This document shows positions 22,341-28,367 of a DNA stretch of 28,367 nucleotides, in pieces. A program made the translations under genes and the position numbers. The stretch's first letter is position 1; each line of letters opens with the position of its first letter. A model generated the notes under the pieces. The model was not told the DNA's origin. It searched no databases and worked only from the letters and a program-made list of their open reading frames with translations. The DNA lies in the IMG/VR virus record IMGVR_UViG_3300031605_000021, positions 1-28,367 of that record; one strand, given 5' to 3'. This stretch comes from a virus (lineage: Duplodnaviria; Caudoviricetes).

Positions 22341-23804
22341 ATGATAAAAAAAATCACAATATACGAACAAGAAACACAAGACGGCGTTGCCGGTCTAGTG
22401 TCAGAATCTAACAGTGTCGCATACTGTACCCAAGCCAGTGTGACCCTTAAGGAAGATTTTGACACAGGTAAGATCAATAAAATTCTCAGTGGTAAAAGTA
22501 ACCCTGATCAGATTGATCTATATTACTTAGAGTCTGTTCTGGTGACCACCGGGTGGAATAAAAATGATGACGTTTTTGAGCCTGCGGTTGCTTGGGTTGC
22601 CAGAAATACACCAGAAGATAAACAGTTTAACTTTATGCACGATGAGAATGATATCATCGGTCATATTACTGGTAGTTATGTGCTGAACGAGTTGGGGGAA
22701 CGGATCGTTGGGGACACCGAACCTCCTAGCCAGTTCGACATTATAACTGAGGCTGTATTATACAATAGCTGGACGGAGCCAGCTAATAGAGAAAGGATGC
22801 AGCATTTAATTGCTGAGATGGAGGAAGGAAAATGGTTCGTCTCAATGGAGTGTTTGTTTGCCGGTTTTAATTATGCCCTTATTGACCCCGAGGGAAAATC
22901 ACAATTGGTACAACGAAACGAGACTTCAGCTTTTCTTACTAAGCATTTACGTGCTTATGGTGGAACGGGTGAATACGAAGGACATAAGGTTGGGAGAGCT
23001 TTGCGAGATATTGCTTTTTCTGGAAAAGGTCTGGTTTCTAAGCCTGCCAATCCTAGGAGTATTATCTTTAATTCTAGTAAGGCTTTTCTTGTTGAAGATA
23101 ACGACATACTTACCAATATTTCGATAGGAGATGTTAAAATGTCAGAAAATTCAAATCTGTTAGAGAAGCAGGTTGCTGATCTTCAGGCTGAACTCACTGC
23201 CGCTAAGGAAGAGAATTCAGCTATGAGACAGAATATCGAAGGGGCAAAAGATAAAGAGTTTGCCGCAACGGTTGAAGCTTTTGAAGCTTCTGTAACTGAA
23301 AAAGACATGGCGATTGCCGGTCTTGATGAAGCGATTAAGACGACTCAGGCCAGAATTGTTGGGCTTGAAGACGAGCTTGCTCAAAAGAACGAAGAGCTTG
23401 TTGAGACTGTTCAAGCTATCGATGCCATGAAGCAAGCAGAAAAGACCCAAAAACGTCTTGCCAGCTTGGTTGATGCTGGATTCAACAGCGACGAGGCTGA
23501 GGAATCTTTGGCTCTTTATGACGCACTTGACGATAAAGCTTTTGAAGCTATCATGACTCAATGGACTCAGAAAAACACGGTAGAAGAAGTTGTGGCAGAA
23601 GATGCCGTGGCCGAAAATACTGATGAGGCTGCTGAAGAAGATACGACTGGCAATGAAGCTGAAGCAGAAGTGTCAGAAGAGATCTTTGACGAAGTGGAGT
23701 CTACTGAAGCTACTCTCGTTGATGCAGTCGAAGAAGGGGACGAGCTACAGTCTACCCGCGCCCAAGTGGCCGAGTGGCTTGAAGAGAACGTTCTTAACAA
23801 GTAA
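22341..23804 (+). CDS. prohead protease / scaffold fusion
   Basis: NKNDDVF, FMHDENDIIGH, VSMEC, GLVSKPAN motifs, then acidic coiled coil; internal GGAG-ATG (MSENS) may start a separate scaffold. Confidence 0.75.
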   Translation: MIKKITIYEQETQDGVAGLVSESNSVAYCTQASVTLKEDFDTGKINKILSGKSNPDQIDLYYLESVLVTTGWNKNDDVFEPAVAWVARNTPEDKQFNFMHDENDIIGHITGSYVLNELGERIVGDTEPPSQFDIITEAVLYNSWTEPANRERMQHLIAEMEEGKWFVSMECLFAGFNYALIDPEGKSQLVQRNETSAFLTKHLRAYGGTGEYEGHKVGRALRDIAFSGKGLVSKPANPRSIIFNSSKAFLVEDNDILTNISIGDVKMSENSNLLEKQVADLQAELTAAKEENSAMRQNIEGAKDKEFAATVEAFEASVTEKDMAIAGLDEAIKTTQARIVGLEDELAQKNEELVETVQAIDAMKQAEKTQKRLASLVDAGFNSDEAEESLALYDALDDKAFEAIMTQWTQKNTVEEVVAEDAVAENTDEAAEEDTTGNEAEAEVSEEIFDEVESTEATLVDAVEEGDELQSTRAQVAEWLEENVLNK

Positions 23805-23833
23805 ATAAATTATCATGAATAGGAGACTTTAAA

Positions 23834-24322
23834 ATGGCTCTAAAAGCAGATAGACATGAGCTTCAAACTGATATCAGCTTCTTTTATGACGCTGGTGTAG
23901 TTACTCGCGGTGGAGTAGTTTGTCACGGCACAGCTGGCTCTGGTTCTGCAATGGATCAGGGTGCTGCCCTTGTAGAATACGTGACAACTATTGCAAGCAC
24001 TAAGGTGCCCGTTGGTATTCTTATGAACGATGTGGTTAACAAGGATCTAACTCGAACCCATCTAAACCACTTCAAAGACGAAGTGCAAAAGGGTGGCAAA
24101 GTGACTATCCTACGCAAAGGTTGGGTTGTTACCAGTAATATTTCTGGAACTCCTGCCGCTGGTGATGTTGCCTATGTTGGAAATACTGGAGTGCTTCAGA
24201 ATACAGCAGCGGATGCAACCGGCTCTGGAAACCTAGCCATTGGTCGTTTTCTTTCGTCAAAAGACGAAGACGGCTATTGCAAGGTTGAAGTTAACCTTCC
24301 TAACCATGGCGCTTTGGCGTAA
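23834..24322 (+). CDS. head decoration / cement-like protein
   Basis: 162 aa Gly/Ala/Val-rich protein between protease and capsid; AGGAG SD. Confidence 0.6.
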   Translation: MALKADRHELQTDISFFYDAGVVTRGGVVCHGTAGSGSAMDQGAALVEYVTTIASTKVPVGILMNDVVNKDLTRTHLNHFKDEVQKGGKVTILRKGWVVTSNISGTPAAGDVAYVGNTGVLQNTAADATGSGNLAIGRFLSSKDEDGYCKVEVNLPNHGALA

Positions 24323-24352
24323 GCAACCATAAAATTATAAGGAGTATACATA

Positions 24353-25360
24353 ATGTCTACTAAGAACAGACCAAGCGAAGAATTCCTTGCGTTGCTTCGC
24401 AAATCTGGGGATAGTGATATTGACGTGGCCCTTCCGGCACAACGTGAATTCGCTAAGGCTCTAGAATTGCCGTTACGTAAGGGCGTTCTTGTCGGAAATA
24501 TTTTGGGCGATATCTTTGAGACTATCGCAGTTGAACCCGGAAGTTCCACGGAATTTCCAATGGATCTTCTTTCTCCGGGTACAGAGGGTGAGCACATTGC
24601 TTATACTAACCCCGGACATGGTAGGATTCCTGAGCGAGCAGTCGAGAGCGACTTCGTGATGATTCCCACCTATAGTATCACTAGTTCAATCGACTACCTC
24701 CTACGCTATGCCAGAGAGGCTCGTTGGGATATTGTTGGTCGTGCTATGCAAGTGATGGAAGCTGGCTTCGTCAAGAAGATGAATGACGACGGTTGGCATA
24801 CTATTCTGGCTGCTGGTGTTGATCGTAACATCTTGGTTTACGACGCCGACGCGACTGCCGGTATGTTCTCGAAGAGACTTGTCTCTTTGATGCAGACCGT
24901 CACTCGACGAAACTCTGGTGGCAATAGCGCTTCGTTAAGCCGTGGTCGTTTGACTGACATGTATGTTAGTCCAGAAGCTCTGGAAGATGTGCGCAACTGG
25001 GGCCTTGACCAGATTGACGAAGTGACACGTCGTGAGATTTACACTGCTAGTGAGGGCGGCGCTCCCATTACTAGAATTTTTGGTGTAAACCTGCACGACC
25101 TTGACGAGCTTGGCGAAGGTCAAGAGTATCAGAACTTCTTCGCTAATGAGCTTAGCGGCGCAGTTGAAGCTTCTGACCTTGAGCTTGTCGTGGGGCTAGA
25201 CCAGTCCGCTAGCGACAGCTTCGTTATGCCTGTCAAGCAAGAACTGGAAGTCTTTGAAGATCCTTCTATGCATCGTCAGCAACGAGCCGGTTTCTATGGA
25301 TGGGCCGAGCTTGGCTTTGGTGTTCTAGACAATAGACGAGTGATTCTTGGCTCGTTCTAA
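24353..25360 (+). CDS. major capsid protein (HK97-fold)
   Basis: 335 aa, synteny, strong AAGGAG SD, followed by terminator. Confidence 0.8.
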   Translation: MSTKNRPSEEFLALLRKSGDSDIDVALPAQREFAKALELPLRKGVLVGNILGDIFETIAVEPGSSTEFPMDLLSPGTEGEHIAYTNPGHGRIPERAVESDFVMIPTYSITSSIDYLLRYAREARWDIVGRAMQVMEAGFVKKMNDDGWHTILAAGVDRNILVYDADATAGMFSKRLVSLMQTVTRRNSGGNSASLSRGRLTDMYVSPEALEDVRNWGLDQIDEVTRREIYTASEGGAPITRIFGVNLHDLDELGEGQEYQNFFANELSGAVEASDLELVVGLDQSASDSFVMPVKQELEVFEDPSMHRQQRAGFYGWAELGFGVLDNRRVILGSF

Positions 25361-25385
25361 GTAAGGTCTTACTAGACCCGTTTCA

Positions 25386-25422
25386 GAGTCGCCCCGAAAT
25401 AACACGGGGCGGCTCTTTTTTT
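25386..25422 (+). terminator. intrinsic terminator
   Basis: GAGTCGCCCCG-aaataaca-CGGGGCGGCTC-TTTTTTT. Confidence 0.9.
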
Positions 25423-25424
25423 AT

Positions 25425-25433
25425 GTGTATATA
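25425..25433 (+). promoter_or_regulatory. putative late promoter motif GTGTATATA
   Basis: immediately after terminator, before next structural gene. Confidence 0.55.
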
Positions 25434-25480
25434 ACTATAGAAAGCTTTCTCTTTTAGGACTATCATGATAGGAGTTTACT

Positions 25481-25945
25481 ATGGCCGCACTCTCTGATTA
25501 CTTGGAATCGGGCCTTCTAAACCATATATTTAGGACCGAAGCCTTTGCCAAGCCGACAAATATCTCTGTAGCTCTAACTAGTGGCATTAATTCTGATTCT
25601 ATGCAGGGGTGGAGTATATATGAACTACCCACTGGCATTAATGGTTCTGGCACTGGCTATGCTAGAGTTGATCTAGGCGCTCCAGCCTCAGTAGGGGATC
25701 AAAAATGGAGCCATCAAGATACAGATATTGAAGCTGGTAGTGGTGTTATTAGAAATAGTGGACAAATTATCTTTACTTCTGCTCTACACGATTGGGGTTG
25801 GGTTTCTGGAATAGCTATTTTAGATAGCAGCACTTACGGTTCTGGCAATATGCTGATGCATGCTCAGTTAACTAATCCGCGAGTTATCTACACTGGCGAT
25901 AATGTCAAATTTGACATGAATACTCTAGAAATTAGCTTTAAGTAG
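25481..25945 (+). CDS. virion structural protein (tail-fibre/baseplate-associated type)
   Basis: SDYLE..LLNHIF, GYARV, N...I.F...WG pattern of phage tail proteins; AGGAG SD. Confidence 0.7.
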   Translation: MAALSDYLESGLLNHIFRTEAFAKPTNISVALTSGINSDSMQGWSIYELPTGINGSGTGYARVDLGAPASVGDQKWSHQDTDIEAGSGVIRNSGQIIFTSALHDWGWVSGIAILDSSTYGSGNMLMHAQLTNPRVIYTGDNVKFDMNTLEISFK

Positions 25946-25956
25946 GGCATAAGACA

Positions 25957-28367
25957 ATGATTGTAGGTAAGCTACAGTTAATAGATAATATAAAGCGAGA
26001 GATCCCCGACAATGCTACGGGGCAGGTTTCTCCTAATGATGTCAGGCATAACCTGCTTGACGTAATAGACTCCGTGCATCTATTCACGGATGACAACTAC
26101 CTAGATTCTCTTAACTTCGCCACCCCCGACACCAGAAGTACAAAGGCTGGCGTTGATACTCTCAAGAATCTGCATTTAGCTGGTTATAGTAGTACAGACA
26201 ATGTGGCAGTTGGATATGCTGCCCTCTCTCATAACTACGACGGCTTCTCAAATACCGCTGTCGGCTCATATGCTATGAGTTGCAATCTCTATGGTGATAA
26301 TAACACCGCTCTAGGTTATCAGGCCCTAGCTAATAATGTATTTGGGTCAGGTAATGTGGCCATTGGCGGGAATGCGATCAGAAGCAATAAGCACGGTAGC
26401 TATAATATTGCCATTGGCCATGGAGCAGGATACTACATAGATACAAACTCCAGCTATAACTTTTATCTAGGAAGCCATGGTTTAGTAGGCGAGAGCGGAG
26501 TTTGTGAGAACCCATCAGGCACAGATCTTACCCCTCTTCTTTTCGGGCACTTAAAAGATCTCAAGCTGGGCGTTGGCGTAAATGCTCTACATGGATATGG
26601 AGCCTTGCAGGTAGCCGGGGCTGTTTCACCATCAGAAAGCGGAATGTATGATCTTGGCCACCCCGCCATGAGGTGGCAAAATATCTACCTGTCTGACGCC
26701 ATAGACTATCCCAATGACAGAAATCTTAAGATTCACACAACCGCCCCCGACGGGGGCGTTTATAGTGTTGTAGACACCGTTTTGTTTATGACTAGTGGAG
26801 GTAAGATTGGTCTTGGTACAGATACTCCTTCTGGCGATTATGGACTAGTTACTTCTAAAGGTAGTATTGTTCCGCACACAGATGATACGTACTCCTTGGG
26901 AGCACCTGATCTAAAATGGAAAGCTGGATATTTTGGAGATATCACGGTTAGCGGAACGGCAACCATAACTACATTCAATTACACAGAGATTAATAGCTGC
27001 ATCTATGAGTGCAGAACTCTTTACTTGGCTTCCAGTGGGATATGCACATCCGGTGAACCTCCTTGTGGATTCCTGCAAGATCAGCAGATAGAAGGCGGGG
27101 GTTTTGTTCTGCAATCTAGTGGGACAGACTATGCTAGAAATTACGAGTTCACTTTCACAGCGCCAGATGCTACTCTTACATGCCTAGAAATAGATAGTCC
27201 CTATTCTCGCTCAGCGTGGAATAGCAATATTAGTATTCATATTGCTTCTGGATCTCATGTCAAGACAGATAGAGTGATTGGCTATGACAGCGTAGCCCTG
27301 ATAAGTACTAACGATTGCTACGGCCTGTTTATACAAAGGGATACGGATAATGTTGTTTATCTAGCTAAAGAAGATCACATCAAGCCTAATCCGATTAGTC
27401 CAGAAGGAAAAATTGGGAACGTAACAGAGGTAAACTTTATTGCTTCGGGTGTTGATAAAGATTACCGTGTCAGCTATTCACATCTTAACTCTGGTATTAC
27501 TGTTGGCCAACGTCTTGTCACTAGGACAATGAGAAAGCAAACTGATACAGCCTATGATCCTCCTAGAGAACATATTGTTGGATTTAGTATTGACAATATA
27601 GATACACAAGACGCCATCGCGGCTCGAACCGGCCAACGTCAAGATAGGTTGGCTATCGCTGCGTATGATGACACCATAGATCCGCTAAACGTCTTAACGA
27701 TCATGCGGTCCAGCGATCCGGGTTTAGTAGGCGTTAGTGATACATCCGGTGTGGCCCATCTAATCCTCCCAGAGACCATCTTTAATATCCAGAGTACCGG
27801 CGAAAGCGTGGTTCGTAATACAAGCTGGGGTCAGGAAGAGAAAACTTCGCTGCAATTGCTAAGCTCGGAAAATAATCCACAAAATTCACTTGCAGAGGGT
27901 GTGGAGCTTGAATATTCTGTTGCGACACGAAGGGCAGATATATCCCTTTGGGAGCTTGGTTATAGCAAGATTATGATCTCTTTAGACAATGATAGTAACT
28001 TTATTGGTATACAGACAGTTACTCCTAACGAGCTTCTTACACTATCAAGCGGCATAGCTGGCAGTGCTGCTATCAGTATTGAAGAGCAGAATTCTATACC
28101 TACTGCTACAACTGATTACGGCAAGGTATACGTCAAAGAGAAGACTGCAACAGATCAAACGCAATCTCTATACTTCTTAGACGACGGCGGTAATGAATTT
28201 GAGCTAGTCACTAATGCATACGACGTAACGGGTGGAGTCCACATTTATACAGACGCGAGTGGAAACACCTTTGCTGGCATAGAGACCCCAAGCACCAGAG
28301 ATGCTGCCGCAGCCGGTTACCTAAGACACGGAAATACCGCCTTTGGTAACAGGACAATATTCGACTT
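25957..28367 (+). CDS. long tail-fibre/adhesin-like protein, truncated at window end (>800 aa)
   Basis: frame open in all lines I translated from ATG 25957; NxAxG YadA-head-like repeats (NVAVGYAAL, NTAVGSYAM, NTALGYQAL, NVAIG, NIAIG), YDLG..W and KIGLGTDTP fibre motifs; absent from ORF track because it has no stop. Confidence 0.85.
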   Translation, partial: MIVGKLQLIDNIKREIPDNATGQVSPNDVRHNLLDVIDSVHLFTDDNYLDSLNFATPDTRSTKAGVDTLKNLHLAGYSSTDNVAVGYAALSHNYDGFSNTAVGSYAMSCNLYGDNNTALGYQALANNVFGSGNVAIGGNAIRSNKHGSYNIAIGHGAGYYIDTNSSYNFYLGSHGLVGESGVCENPSGTDLTPLLFGHLKDLKLGVGVNALHGYGALQVAGAVSPSESGMYDLGHPAMRWQNIYLSDAIDYPNDRNLKIHTTAPDGGVYSVVDTVLFMTSGGKIGLGTDTPSGDYGLVTSKGSIVPHTDDTYSLGAPDLKWKAGYFGDITVSGTATITTFNYTEINSCIYECRTLYLASSGICTSGEPPCGFLQDQQIEGGGFVLQSSGTDYARNYEFTFTAPDATLTCLEIDSPYSRSAWNSNISIHIASGSHVKTDRVIGYDSVALISTNDCYGLFIQRDTDNVVYLAKEDHIKPNPISPEGKIGNVTEVNFIASGVDKDYRVSYSHLNSGITVGQRLVTRTMRKQTDTAYDPPREHIVGFSIDNIDTQDAIAARTGQRQDRLAIAAYDDTIDPLNVLTIMRSSDPGLVGVSDTSGVAHLILPETIFNIQSTGESVVRNTSWGQEEKTSLQLLSSENNPQNSLAEGVELEYSVATRRADISLWELGYSKIMISLDNDSNFIGIQTVTPNELLTLSSGIAGSAAISIEEQNSIPTATTDYGKVYVKEKTATDQTQSLYFLDDGGNEFELVTNAYDVTGGVHIYTDASGNTFAGIETPSTRDAAAAGYLRHGNTAFGNRTIFD

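Noticed and set aside
9811-25930. Apparent excess of TCTAGA/CTAG in the late region
   Set aside because: Modest by eye, plausibly due to CTA-GAx codon usage; cannot be supported without a computed null.
12109-27114. Minus-strand and nested ORFs in the right region (e.g. 12109..12540, 20094..20408, 24274..24597, 26463..26669)
   Set aside because: They overlap well-supported plus-strand genes and have no motifs of their own.

Overview
This window looks like part of a large tailed dsDNA phage (Caudoviricetes) genome, in two divergent halves. Bases 1-~9.5 kb, all on the minus strand, form an early/host-takeover-type region of about 30 short genes (GP88-like, HAD-like, DUF2958-like, several tiny membrane peptides). 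It contains 17 near-consensus sigma70 promoters and is punctuated about every 1-1.4 kb by a ~150-bp regulatory module. The module has an interleaved sigma28-like element (mostly TNRAG-N16-GCCGATA), an 11-5-11 imperfect palindrome exactly 40 bp upstream of the -35 position in 7 of 8 copies, and a GC-rich tract. Many of these genes look leaderless, and an 880-bp stretch has no AAA or TTT. From ~9.8 kb to the end, on the plus strand, lie a phage sigma factor, a candidate TerS, a MotA/ExbB + ExbD-like + third membrane protein triad, GDP-mannose 4,6-dehydratase, HNH and ERCC4 nucleases and an acyl-CoA dehydrogenase. These are followed by terminase, portal, protease/scaffold, decoration protein, major capsid and tail/fibre genes, the last truncated by the window edge. 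A Planctomycetota host is suspected but not demonstrated. All family assignments are from motifs recognised by eye; no searches were run.
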